Shown piece after piece: positions 26,694-34,732 of a DNA stretch of 64,000 nt. The DNA lies in contig JBCBRU010000001.1 in assembly GCA_039819565.1 (NCBI GenBank), positions 4,098-68,097 on the forward strand, read 5' to 3'. Source of the DNA: Myxococcota bacterium. Its GTDB lineage: Bacteria > Myxococcota > Kuafuiibacteriia > Kuafuiibacteriales > Kuafuiibacteriaceae. A program made the translations under genes and the position numbers. The number at the start of each line of letters is the position of its first letter. Position 1 is the first letter of the stretch. The notes under the pieces are model-generated. The model was not told where the DNA came from. It ran no database searches and saw only the letters and a program-made list of their open reading frames with translations.

Positions 26694-27488
26694 TCAGGGG
26701 GGCGGCGCTCGCATAGGCGCACCGAACAAGCGGACGGGGCCCGTCCCGGGGGCCCCCGAGACGTGAGGCGTACACGTGACCCCGAGCGGAGTCGTGCTGG
26801 CCCGAGAATCTCCGAAGCCGTAGACGAGAAGGAGCACCTCGACGCCGGCGCCGAAGCTCCCGAAGGTGAACGTGAACGTCTGGCCGCCCTGAGAGATCGT
26901 GATCAGGCGAGACGTCATGACGTTGAGACAGCTGCCCGAGAGGTCGAAGGAGGACCGAATGACGTCATCACAGGTGAGACGCACGCCTCCGGAGCTCTGC
27001 TGGGCCATGACCACGCCCACCAGGGACCGAAGTTCCGTAAAGAAGCTCCCTTCGACCTGAAATCCCACTTCCTGCACGTCCCCAACCTCGAGCGTCGGGG
27101 GCATCTCGCACCGCCCTTGAACGCAAAGCGTCCGGTGATCGGGCGGACAAAAATCGCAGTTGGTGGGCGCAGGCCGCTCGGTTCCGCAAGCTCGAGCCTC
27201 GACGCAGCGACTTCCAACTGGGGCACACAGATCCACCACGCCCGTGTCGGGCGGGCCGAGATCCCGAGGGAGGCCGGTGTCCGGAGCTCCCATGTCCGGG
27301 TCGGGGACCTCCCCGAGGTCCACGGGCCCCGTATCGGGCGCTCCCAGATCCTCGATCACGCCCGTGTCCACCAGAGGGGTCCCGGTGTCCAAAGCTCCCG
27401 GAGCCGGCTCCGAAGGACTCGAAGAGCAAGCCGTGACCGCCCCTAGGAGCAGGGTAGCGAATCCTCGGCGCGCGACGCGAAGCAACAT
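26694..27488 (-). CDS. hypothetical cysteine-rich lipoprotein
   Basis: Lipobox LLLGAVTACSSS, PDTG-repeat linker, then a Cys-rich segment (CAPVGSRCVEARACGTERPAPTNCDFCPPDHRTLCVQGRC). Confidence 0.6.
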   Translation of the reverse strand: MLLRVARRGFATLLLGAVTACSSSPSEPAPGALDTGTPLVDTGVIEDLGAPDTGPVDLGEVPDPDMGAPDTGLPRDLGPPDTGVVDLCAPVGSRCVEARACGTERPAPTNCDFCPPDHRTLCVQGRCEMPPTLEVGDVQEVGFQVEGSFFTELRSLVGVVMAQQSSGGVRLTCDDVIRSSFDLSGSCLNVMTSRLITISQGGQTFTFTFGSFGAGVEVLLLVYGFGDSRASTTPLGVTCTPHVSGAPGTGPVRLFGAPMRAPPP

Positions 27489-27503
27489 GTGAGTGAGGGG
27501 GGA

Positions 27504-27576
27504 CGCGAATGGCAGGGCTCGAACCTGCGGCCTTTGGCTTCGGAGGCCAACGCTCTTCCAACTGAGCTACATCCGC
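27504..27576 (-). tRNA. tRNA-Arg (anticodon CCG)
   Basis: The minus-strand sequence GCGGATG TA GCTC AGTTGGAA GAGC G TTGGC CTCCGAA GCCAA AGGCC GCAGG TTCGAGC CCTGC CATTCGC G folds as a canonical cloverleaf. It has a 7-bp acceptor stem with one G-U pair and a TTCGAGC T-loop. CCA is not encoded. Confidence 0.92.
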
Positions 27577-27758
27577 TTGGAGGGCGGGAAGTAACAAACC
27601 CGGCGACGGCTCGCAACCGTTTGCCTCCTCGCGTTCGAGCCTTGAACGGACCGTCTCGCGTCCCGCCCCCCGCGCCAAGACCTGCAGCCGCGCCGTGCGC
27701 GCACGCGGTCCGACCCTCTCCGGTTGTTCACCGTGCCCCTGGGTGGTGCCATCGATAC

Positions 27759-28853
27759 ATGAAGGCAAGCACTCGAAGAACCTCGCTGATAGTAGGGATG
27801 GCAGCGGCGGCTCTCGCATGCTCGAAGGCGCCGCCAACTACGACTCCTGACGAGCCCTCAAGCCAACCTTCGAGCCTCCCGACCGATCACTCGGTCTCGA
27901 CCTCACCCATAGATCTCGAGGCGCTCTTCGCACCCCCGAAGGGCCTTCCCGAGGTCGTGGCTAAAGTCGAGGAGGTTCCGGTCCCCCGCGACGAGCTCAT
28001 CCACGAGCTCCGGCAGCTGCAGGTTCAGTTGACCGCAGCAGGTCTCCCAGATCGACTGACTCGAGACGAGGTTCTGACCAGCGCCCTGTCCCGAGCCGTG
28101 GATCGCCACCTCGAGCGTCTCTTGGCCGAGGACCTGGGGGTTGAGGCCGAAGAACGGGCGGTGGCCGCGTGGCTGGAGAACATCGAAGGACGCATGAAGG
28201 CCGACCCAGCCTTTGCCGCCTTCCTTCTGCGGGCGGGCAAGGACGAGACTCAGCGCGCCCTCGATGCTCGTCGTGAAGCCCTGATGGGGGCCATTACCTC
28301 AGCGCTCCGATCGCGCGCCCAAGAGACCCTGGCCGCCGAAGCTCGGGACTACTATGATCGGCATCCCCAGGACTATGTGGAGCGCGCGGGGACGGAGGTC
28401 TGGCGGGCCTTTGTGAAGGCGCCCCGAGGCATCCCCCAGCGCGATCGGGATGCCGCCCGGGCGCGGGCCGAAGGACTCCGCAAGGCGGCCAAGAAAGACC
28501 CGAATCAGTTCGAAAATCTCGCCATCGCCCGCTCCGACGGCGGGAAGGCGGCGGAGGGGGGCTATCTCGGCTACGTCCCCGAAGGAGCTCTCCCCGAGAA
28601 ACTCTACGCACAGGTTCGCAAGGCCAAGCCCGGCTCGATCCTGCCGCTGTGGGAGGACGCGGCGGGGTTCGCGGTCCACCGCGTCGGCAAATCCCGCGAG
28701 GAGCGCGTGGTGCCGTTCGAGGAGGCCCAGGAGACGATCCTCGATCGGGTGTTTGGCCCCGTGATGCAGAAGGAGATCGACGCAGCGATGAAGAAACTCA
28801 GGGCCGAGAAAGCGGTCGTCGTGCTCGCCGAAGGCTTGACGTACAAGCCTTGA
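27759..28853 (+). CDS. peptidyl-prolyl cis-trans isomerase, parvulin/SurA-like lipoprotein
   Basis: ATG 27759 gives MKASTRRTSLIVGMAAAALACS (lipobox). The upstream part of ORF 27489.. is antisense to the tRNA. C-terminal rotamase-like GGYLGYVPEGALPEKLYAQVRKAKPGSILPLWEDAAGFAVHRV. Confidence 0.75.
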   Translation: MKASTRRTSLIVGMAAAALACSKAPPTTTPDEPSSQPSSLPTDHSVSTSPIDLEALFAPPKGLPEVVAKVEEVPVPRDELIHELRQLQVQLTAAGLPDRLTRDEVLTSALSRAVDRHLERLLAEDLGVEAEERAVAAWLENIEGRMKADPAFAAFLLRAGKDETQRALDARREALMGAITSALRSRAQETLAAEARDYYDRHPQDYVERAGTEVWRAFVKAPRGIPQRDRDAARARAEGLRKAAKKDPNQFENLAIARSDGGKAAEGGYLGYVPEGALPEKLYAQVRKAKPGSILPLWEDAAGFAVHRVGKSREERVVPFEEAQETILDRVFGPVMQKEIDAAMKKLRAEKAVVVLAEGLTYKP

Positions 28854-28868
28854 GGGGGCGGCCCGAGC

Positions 28869-30269
28869 TCAGAAGAGAGAGTACGTGGCTCCGAGCAGGA
28901 TAGCCTGCCTAAGCTCGGAGACTTCGGCTTCGCTGATCGTAGCGTCCAGGGTCGAAGCCCCCGAGAATCCCACCGACCTTCCATCCACCGTGTATCGAGC
29001 GACCAGACCGAAGCGAGCGTCGAAGAGATAGTGGACGTCCACCGCTCCTCGTCCTCCGAGGGCCAGGCCCGCTTCCGTGCCGAGACTCGCAGGACGCGGC
29101 GAGACCGCCCCCAGGGAGAAGGCCCCCTCCCCTTCGAACAGGAAGGACCCGAACGCATACTGAACCCGCAGCCCGACGAGACCTGAGTGCCCAGACGTGG
29201 AGACGAAGGTGGCGGTCCGGGCGCCAGGAAGCGCGAGGTCCAGGCTCAGGTCGTCGTAGGCATAGCCCACCTCCGGAGCGAGAGTGAGAGCACCGAGACG
29301 CAACGGCCATCCCGCTCGAAAATCCAAGGAAAGCGTGGTCCCGCCCGCGCTTCCCCCGCCTGCCTCTGGCTCCAGGCCTTCGAGGGTCCCGAAGAGCCCT
29401 CCGAGACGGACGGCTATCGGCCCGAGATCGGTCACCTGGATCTCGAGACCCAGCCCGGCTGACATCGACGACAGCTCGTATCGGCGCTCACCTGAGACGG
29501 CGTCGGAGTCCAGCTGCTGGGAGGGAAGGACCACGCCCCCAAAGGCGGCTGCGGTGAGATGCAGTCCGTCGCCACCGAGCTGCCGGTGCGAGGGAGGGCG
29601 CTCGGCAGTGACGAGGAGCGAGTCGGACGAAGCCTCTGCGTCATCCGAGCGACCGGGCGTCGCGTCGGTCTCTAGGGCCAACGCGGTGACCGTCGGCCCC
29701 TCCCCGCCGGGGGCCACGGGCAGTTCGGGAGAAAGCTTGGGTAGGCCCTCTGACGTGACCCATCCCACATCCCCCCGGTCGTCGCGGACCTCGACCCATA
29801 CGCCATCCGGGGTCCGACGAAGCGGGAGGATCCGAGCCTCCGCGGGCAGGACCCGACGCGGGGCCGCCCCCTCCTGAGGACGCTCTCTCAGGACCATCCG
29901 GGTAGAGGTGACGGCAAACTTGCGTTTGCTTCCTGAGCCCACGGGGAGGCTCTCGCCGCGAGGTAGTTTGGCCAAGCGAGCCCTACCTCGAGAACCCAGC
30001 CGCTTTGCCGGTACCCACCCCAGCTGCTTTCGGAAGCGCATGAGGACCCAGTTCCCGTCCGCGGAGACCTCTTCCAGGCGGCCGCAGCGCCGTTTTTCGA
30101 AGAACGTACGGACCGGATAGTTCAGCCCAGGACCGTTGCGAAGGGGCGTCTTGGCTCGAACCCGGACTCGTCCTTTGCGACACTTCGCCTCGGCCTGCAT
30201 GGAAACGGCGGAGAGCGCGGCGATCGTCACCGCGAGCGCGACGAGCTTGGTTCGCATCAGGGCGCGCAT
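28869..30269 (-). CDS. secreted protein with two bacterial SH3-like domains and a C-terminal beta-barrel-like domain
   Basis: Signal MRALMRTKLVALAVTIAALSAVSMQAEA. SH3-like repeats (...LRNGPGLNYPVRTFFEKRRCGRLEEVSADGNWVLMRFRKQLGWVPAKRL; ...VLRERPQEGAAPRRVLPAEARILPLRRTPDGVWVEVRDDRGDVGWV). The C-terminal ~230 aa alternate in beta-strand fashion and end ...LGATYSLF. Confidence 0.6.
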   Translation of the reverse strand: MRALMRTKLVALAVTIAALSAVSMQAEAKCRKGRVRVRAKTPLRNGPGLNYPVRTFFEKRRCGRLEEVSADGNWVLMRFRKQLGWVPAKRLGSRGRARLAKLPRGESLPVGSGSKRKFAVTSTRMVLRERPQEGAAPRRVLPAEARILPLRRTPDGVWVEVRDDRGDVGWVTSEGLPKLSPELPVAPGGEGPTVTALALETDATPGRSDDAEASSDSLLVTAERPPSHRQLGGDGLHLTAAAFGGVVLPSQQLDSDAVSGERRYELSSMSAGLGLEIQVTDLGPIAVRLGGLFGTLEGLEPEAGGGSAGGTTLSLDFRAGWPLRLGALTLAPEVGYAYDDLSLDLALPGARTATFVSTSGHSGLVGLRVQYAFGSFLFEGEGAFSLGAVSPRPASLGTEAGLALGGRGAVDVHYLFDARFGLVARYTVDGRSVGFSGASTLDATISEAEVSELRQAILLGATYSLF

Positions 30270-30934
30270 GCCGTCACCATGAGCATCCCCGCATCGGGGG
30301 GCTCGCAGAAGCAGGGGGCAGAGTCCGGCCCGCAATCGACACCGGCATCGGGAGGAGACGACAGAAAGTCAGCCACCTGGCAGTCCGCGGCCTGAGTAAG
30401 CAGGGCGTCGAGGCGAGCGGGGACGGGGCCAAAATAAGACGGGCCCACGTGGTCGGGGTGCGCGGGAAGGTGGCGCCACAACCTCCCCACGGGCGCCTCG
30501 GTGTCGAGCCTCTCCGCCTCCACCAGAAGGGGCCACAGGGCGTCGATGCCCTCCTGGAATCGGCTCCCTATCTGATCTCCAAACGGGATGAAGGGCGCCA
30601 CGCCGCCGCCGTGGCAGGCCGACGAGCCGTCGGGGCCGCTGCATGTCGCCTCAGGCACGGCCCAGTCCCAAAAGACCTCCCGATAGCCCGCTTCAGAGGC
30701 TCGGAACGGCCAGTCCACGGGGAGACCCGTAGGCAGCGTCAACGGCTGGCAGCCCAGATCGGGGGCCGGACCGAGATCTGGCGGCCCCAAATCGGGTTCT
30801 CCACCATCGGCTCCGAGATCGGGACTCGCGTCGGGAAGTCCACCCATGGGCAGCTGGTCCTCCCCGAACTCCACGCTCCCACACGCGGTGCCGAGGAGGA
30901 CCAGCGGCATACGAAGCCAAAAAACCGTCCTCAT
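30257..30934 (-). CDS. hypothetical lipoprotein
   Basis: ATG 30934 gives MRTVFWLRMPLVLLGTACGS (lipobox), followed by a PDLG-repeat linker and a Cys-containing domain. Confidence 0.55.
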   Translation of the reverse strand: MRTVFWLRMPLVLLGTACGSVEFGEDQLPMGGLPDASPDLGADGGEPDLGPPDLGPAPDLGCQPLTLPTGLPVDWPFRASEAGYREVFWDWAVPEATCSGPDGSSACHGGGVAPFIPFGDQIGSRFQEGIDALWPLLVEAERLDTEAPVGRLWRHLPAHPDHVGPSYFGPVPARLDALLTQAADCQVADFLSSPPDAGVDCGPDSAPCFCEPPDAGMLMVTACAP

Positions 30935-31119
30935 CGAGAGCGAGCTAGGCAAGGCCCGTGCCGCGCCACGGACTGCGTCATCAACGGGCGGTTTCGTCGC
31001 TTCCGAGGAGCCTGGTCGCCGTCCCCTGGTGAGCGGAGTCATCGTCCCGGTCCGAGGGGCGCGACCCGCGCCCTCGCGATCGTGGACAAGAAGACGAAGC
31101 CACGGCGAGTCTTCGAGCC

Positions 31120-31617
31120 GTGGGGCGCCGAGCTCTCGCCATTGGATCGAGCGCCCTCGCTGCTCTCGCGCTGGGGCTGGCCTACCTCATGCTTCGGCCG
31201 GGCCCTGCGCTCGTGCCTCAAACAAGTACACATGGCCCGGACCGCGCAGCCTGTCTCGACTGCCACGTGCCGTTCTCCGGAACCCCGAGCACCCGCTGCC
31301 TGGGTCCGAGCTGCCATGGCGCTCTCGCTACCGGGACCCCACCTCGCGACGGCCCTGTGCTGCCCGTGCGCTACCACGTCGTGCTTCGGGGCGAGGACTG
31401 CGGGCAATGCCACGAGGAGCATGCCGACCGCGACACCGCGACCGGAGACCCCCACCGAGGGATGGCTCTCGAAGTCCTGAGGAGCAAGTGCGATCAGTGT
31501 CACCTCGACGCCCGACCGCCTTCTCATCCCCGCACTGAGGGCAGCTGCGGTCGCTGCCACACCCTCGAGACGTGGGAGAACGCCCGCAACGAAGGCGGCG
31601 CTCAGCTGCCAAAGTAA
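31120..31617 (+). CDS. small membrane-anchored multihaem c-type cytochrome
   Basis: N-terminal TM/signal anchor MGRRALAIGSSALAALALGLAYLML. Four CxxCH motifs (CLDCH, CGQCH, CDQCH, CGRCH) plus one CX4CH-like motif (CLGPSCH) within about 130 aa. Confidence 0.7.
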   Translation: MGRRALAIGSSALAALALGLAYLMLRPGPALVPQTSTHGPDRAACLDCHVPFSGTPSTRCLGPSCHGALATGTPPRDGPVLPVRYHVVLRGEDCGQCHEEHADRDTATGDPHRGMALEVLRSKCDQCHLDARPPSHPRTEGSCGRCHTLETWENARNEGGAQLPK

Positions 31618-32645
31618 GCAGCGCCCCCGACACGCAAAAGCGCCACCACGGCCAAGGCCGAGGCCACGGAGGCCGCCGTCGGCACGCGCAGGGGGTGAGA
31701 AAAGAACCAACCCAGGGCGAGGGACGCGAGCCCGAGGGCGCCGAGAAGGAAGTCGAGCTCCGTCGAGGCCGTCTGGGCTGCTCGGCTGATCAGAGCCCCG
31801 CTTCCGAGCAGGAAGCCCCCCCAGGCCATGGTCGCTCCGGGGTGTCCACCGAGGAAGACCCCGAGTCCGAGGGCGACGGGAGCCCCGAAAAGGAGGACGT
31901 CGGTCGGCAGGAGGGCGGCAGCGATCAGCGCTGCCACCAGCGAGCCCGCGAAGCCCAGAGCGCGTCGGGGAACCGGCGAGGCCATCCGTGGAGCGACTTC
32001 CACGCGACGTCCGTCGGCCGGACGGGGCTGCGAGGCGCGAGCATGTTCTCTTCTGGGAGCAGCCGAACGCCGGCGTACGCGGGCCTGTTCGGGGGCCAAA
32101 GACCGCTCCGCCGAAGGGCGGCGAATCACTTCGGGAGGCGGCGCCGACTCCACGTCACGCCCTGGGGTTCGGGCGTCCGGGTCCGCCGGCTGCCGGCGAA
32201 GCACCGGGCGAGCCGAGCTCTTGGACTCGCCTTTCGGACCGAGGGCCGGATCTCGCACCGCGGAGGCTTTGACCTCGACCGGCTCGGGGATCGTGCCGCG
32301 GTCGGGGGCGGCCTCGGGAGCCGCGGACCCCGCCGTCGCCCCCACCGCGGAGGCCGAGCGGACCGGTACGACCAAGGGGGCCTCCACCGGGAGCTCGAGG
32401 CGCATGCCCGGGGTGGAGGCGTGAGGAGGCGAAAGCTGGGCCTGTACGGCGATCTCCTCCCGCGCACGTCCCCTCAGGACGGCGAGCCGAGACGCCGCGA
32501 CGTAGCCCCGGGCGGCCAGAATCTCGTCCACGCCCCTTCGTCCCGAGAACCGCGCGAAAAGGAAGTGCACGTCCTCGACCTCCTCGTCAGTGAGGAGGCC
32601 GAGACGGTTGAGCATGCGAAGGAAGGCGGCGTCTTGCCCGTTCAT
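31602..32645 (-). CDS. hypothetical membrane protein (N-terminal GspE-N-like helical domain, Pro/Arg-rich linker, ~4 C-terminal TM helices)
   Basis: N-terminus FLRMLNRLGLLTDEEVEDV...GVDEILAARGYVAASRLAVL resembles T2SS-E N-terminal repeats. C-terminal hydrophobic segments include LVAALIAAALLP..., GAPVALGLGVFLGG... and LGALGLASLALGWFF... Confidence 0.5.
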   Translation of the reverse strand: MNGQDAAFLRMLNRLGLLTDEEVEDVHFLFARFSGRRGVDEILAARGYVAASRLAVLRGRAREEIAVQAQLSPPHASTPGMRLELPVEAPLVVPVRSASAVGATAGSAAPEAAPDRGTIPEPVEVKASAVRDPALGPKGESKSSARPVLRRQPADPDARTPGRDVESAPPPEVIRRPSAERSLAPEQARVRRRSAAPRREHARASQPRPADGRRVEVAPRMASPVPRRALGFAGSLVAALIAAALLPTDVLLFGAPVALGLGVFLGGHPGATMAWGGFLLGSGALISRAAQTASTELDFLLGALGLASLALGWFFSHPLRVPTAASVASALAVVALLRVGGAAYFGS

Positions 32646-32667
32646 GGGGCGCTCGCTACTGCGTTTG

Positions 32668-32740
32668 AGGTGCCGACCGGACTCGAACCGGTGAATGTAG
32701 GTTTTGCAAACCTATGGCTTACCAACTTGCCTACGGCACC
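32668..32740 (-). tRNA. tRNA-Cys (anticodon GCA)
   Basis: The minus-strand sequence GGTGCCG TA GGCA AGTTGGTA AGCC A TAGGT TTGCAAA ACCTA CATTC ACCGG TTCGAGT CCGGT CGGCACC T has a perfect acceptor stem. It also has the U73 discriminator and short D-stem typical of bacterial tRNA-Cys. Confidence 0.92.
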
Positions 32741-32786
32741 GCGGACAGCCCTTCTGCCGGCAGCCCGGCCCATCGTCAAGGCTGAA

Positions 32787-33065
32787 TCAGGACTGCGGCT
32801 CGGGATCCGCGAAGGTGGGGATCAGCGTGAACTCGCGACCGGTCGAACCTTCCAGCTCCCTGTGAAGGAGCTTGGCCCCTTCCAGGTCCATGACATCCGT
32901 GAGCGGACGCCACTCAACGGTTTCGCCCTTCTTCCAGGCGCGGGCGGGGCCCTGGGGATCCTTCGCGATCCGTTCAACCTCAGCTTCGAGCTGGATGTCG
33001 GTGACCCCGAAGAAGGTCTCTTCGCGGTCATGATTGATGATCTGGTAGACGACGTGGGTGCCCAC
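32787..33065 (-). CDS. hypothetical small protein (92 aa)
   Basis: Compact ORF with balanced, non-degenerate composition (MGTHVVYQIINHDREETFFGVTDIQLEAEVERIAKD...). Divergent from the FmdB-like gene. No family recognised. Confidence 0.45.
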   Translation of the reverse strand: MGTHVVYQIINHDREETFFGVTDIQLEAEVERIAKDPQGPARAWKKGETVEWRPLTDVMDLEGAKLLHRELEGSTGREFTLIPTFADPEPQS

Positions 33066-33193
33066 GAAGCGTGGGTAGCCACCTCCTGCCTCCCCGTCAA
33101 TACGGCCTCAGCGGCGCACTCGAGGCGTTTTCACGAGATCTGCGGCGAGATCGACTTGACCACACCGCCGCCTGTGCTCAAACGAACGCCGCC

Positions 33194-33553
33194 ATGCCTC
33201 TTTACGAGTATCGCTGTGCCGCTTGCGGCCACGACCTCGAAGCCATCCAGAAGTTCTCGGATGCGCCCCTCACAGACTGCCCTGCATGCGGCGCCCCGAA
33301 GCTCGAAAAGCTGCTTTCGCAGTCGAGCTTCGCGTTGAAAGGGGGCGGTTGGTACGCCGACGGGTATGGTCCCAACGGAGCCAAGAAGGATGACGAGGCT
33401 TCCAAGAAGACCTCCGAATCCGCCTCCGAAGACTCGAAGTCCAGCGACACAAAATCCGGCGACGGAAAGTCTAAGGAGACGAAGTCCGGGGAAAGCAAGT
33501 CGAGCTCCGAGTCCCCCAAGAAACCCGAAGGCTCCAAGGCGTCCAACGCCTGA
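33194..33553 (+). CDS. FmdB-family zinc-ribbon protein with Ser/Lys/Glu-rich tail
   Basis: MPLYEYRCAACGHDLEAIQKFSDAPLTDCPACG (CxxC...CxxC) and GGGWYADGY are hallmarks of the FmdB putative regulatory family. ATG 33194 lies inside the longer ORF. Confidence 0.85.
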   Translation: MPLYEYRCAACGHDLEAIQKFSDAPLTDCPACGAPKLEKLLSQSSFALKGGGWYADGYGPNGAKKDDEASKKTSESASEDSKSSDTKSGDGKSKETKSGESKSSSESPKKPEGSKASNA

Positions 33554-33559
33554 GCCAGG

Positions 33560-33901
33560 CTACTCGTTGAGCTGGTCTTTCAAGACTTGAGAGGGCTTGA
33601 AGGTCAGCACTCGACGCGCCGAAATCTCGATATCGCGACCGGTTTGGGGGTTGCGCCCCACGCGTGCCTTCTTCTCGCGCACGAGAAAGTTTCCGAAACC
33701 TGAGATCTTGACCGGCTCGCCACGGGCGAGGGTCTCTTTGATACCTTCGAAAAGCAGATCGACGATCTCGGCCGAGTCGCGACGAGAAAGCCCGCCGACC
33801 TGTGTGTACACCGCTTCGACGAAATCCGCCTTGGTGAGGGTTCGGCCGATGCCTCCCCCATTGGCCGCGCCGTAGTTGGTTGGGCTTCCGTCCGCCATCA
33901 T
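33560..33901 (-). CDS. ihfA: integration host factor alpha / HU-family DNA-binding protein
   Basis: LTKADFVEAVY..., KISGFGNFLVREKKARVGRNPQTGRDIEISARRVLTFKPS (the beta-arm with Pro). Located downstream of pheST, the classical conserved position of ihfA. Confidence 0.85.
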   Translation of the reverse strand: MMADGSPTNYGAANGGGIGRTLTKADFVEAVYTQVGGLSRRDSAEIVDLLFEGIKETLARGEPVKISGFGNFLVREKKARVGRNPQTGRDIEISARRVLTFKPSQVLKDQLNE

Positions 33902-33920
33902 CCTTCTCCTTCTTGTGAGC

Positions 33921-34694
33921 TCATGATTCTTCGACGGCCTCCAGGAGCTCGATCACGGCTCGCCGCATCTCTTCGAGCTTGGCGCGAACATGACCGGCAT
34001 CCGAGGGCGCCGTAGGGTAGGTGGTGGGGACCGCCGACACCATAGACATCGGACGGCCGCCGTGACGTCGCGCGGCTTCGATGCTGGCCCGAGTTTGAGC
34101 CACGGTCAGTCCAGCATCATGACGAAGACGACGAATCTGGAGGAGCTGCGCGACGTGTGAACGCGTGTAGCGCCGCTGGTTGGTCTCCGTCTTCTCGGGG
34201 AGCACCCACTCGAACTCCGTCTCCCAAAACCGCAAGACGTGGGGTTTTACACCGACGATGCGGGCCGCCTCACCGATACGAAAACTCTCCGTCCCAGCGG
34301 GAATCCGGGGGTCATCCACCGTCTCCAATCGGGGATCGTCCACCTCCGGCGCGGGCTCCGGCACCGGCAGAAGACTGTCCAGCGGACCTCCCACTGTCGT
34401 CCAGTGCGGCGAGGCCCAGTCCGCGGGCTCGTCGCTCACCGCTTCGTCTTCGGGGGCGGGCGTGGGGGGTGACGCCTCCGCGGTGGGGGCCGGACCTTCG
34501 CGAGCCTCACTGGCTCCGTAGCGCGGGCCGCGAGCCTCCGCTTCGACGGTACGATGGAGGGCCAAGGTCTCTCGATCGCGAAGGAGAGCCATGGCTTCGC
34601 GAGCGCGCCGCTCGTGCTCACTCTCTCCGTTGGGGTCCTTCGGGTCCGCCATGGGCGAGGTCGCGAGAATGCCTCCGGGCCTCCTCGAGGTCAA
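33921..34694 (-). CDS. MerR-family transcriptional regulator with long acidic/Pro-rich N-terminal region
   Basis: MerR wHTH FRIGEAARIVGVKPHVLRFWETEFEWVLPEKTETNQRRYTRSHVAQLLQIRRL. Confidence 0.85.
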   Translation of the reverse strand: MTSRRPGGILATSPMADPKDPNGESEHERRAREAMALLRDRETLALHRTVEAEARGPRYGASEAREGPAPTAEASPPTPAPEDEAVSDEPADWASPHWTTVGGPLDSLLPVPEPAPEVDDPRLETVDDPRIPAGTESFRIGEAARIVGVKPHVLRFWETEFEWVLPEKTETNQRRYTRSHVAQLLQIRRLRHDAGLTVAQTRASIEAARRHGGRPMSMVSAVPTTYPTAPSDAGHVRAKLEEMRRAVIELLEAVEES

Positions 34695-34732
34695 GGCGAG
34701 CTCCCCTCAAATACCCGAAACACTTTGGATAA

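Noticed and set aside
27489-27758. N-terminal 90 aa of ORF 27489..28853
   Set aside because: This stretch is antisense to tRNA-Arg and intergenic sequence. An internal ATG at 27759 yields a proper lipoprotein signal peptide.
31602-32645. N-terminal domain of the 347-aa membrane protein as a c-di-GMP-binding MshEN domain
   Set aside because: The sequence resembles GspE-N helical repeats. However, the 24-residue MshEN consensus (RLGxx[LVI][LVI]xxG[LVI][LVI]xxxxLxxxLxxQ) does not align in register in either half, so no ligand claim is justified.
27504-32740. Possible genomic island bounded by tRNA-Arg and tRNA-Cys
   Set aside because: There is no integrase, excisionase, transposase or phage gene between them. 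I saw no direct repeat of either tRNA 3' end, GC content and codon style look like the rest of the window, and the gene content is ordinary envelope proteins.
31572-33338. 588-aa plus-strand ORF spanning 31.6-33.3 kb
   Set aside because: It runs antisense through the 31602..32645 gene, straight across tRNA-Cys and the 92-aa ORF. The translation is degenerate (R/G/E-rich), so this is a high-GC artefact.
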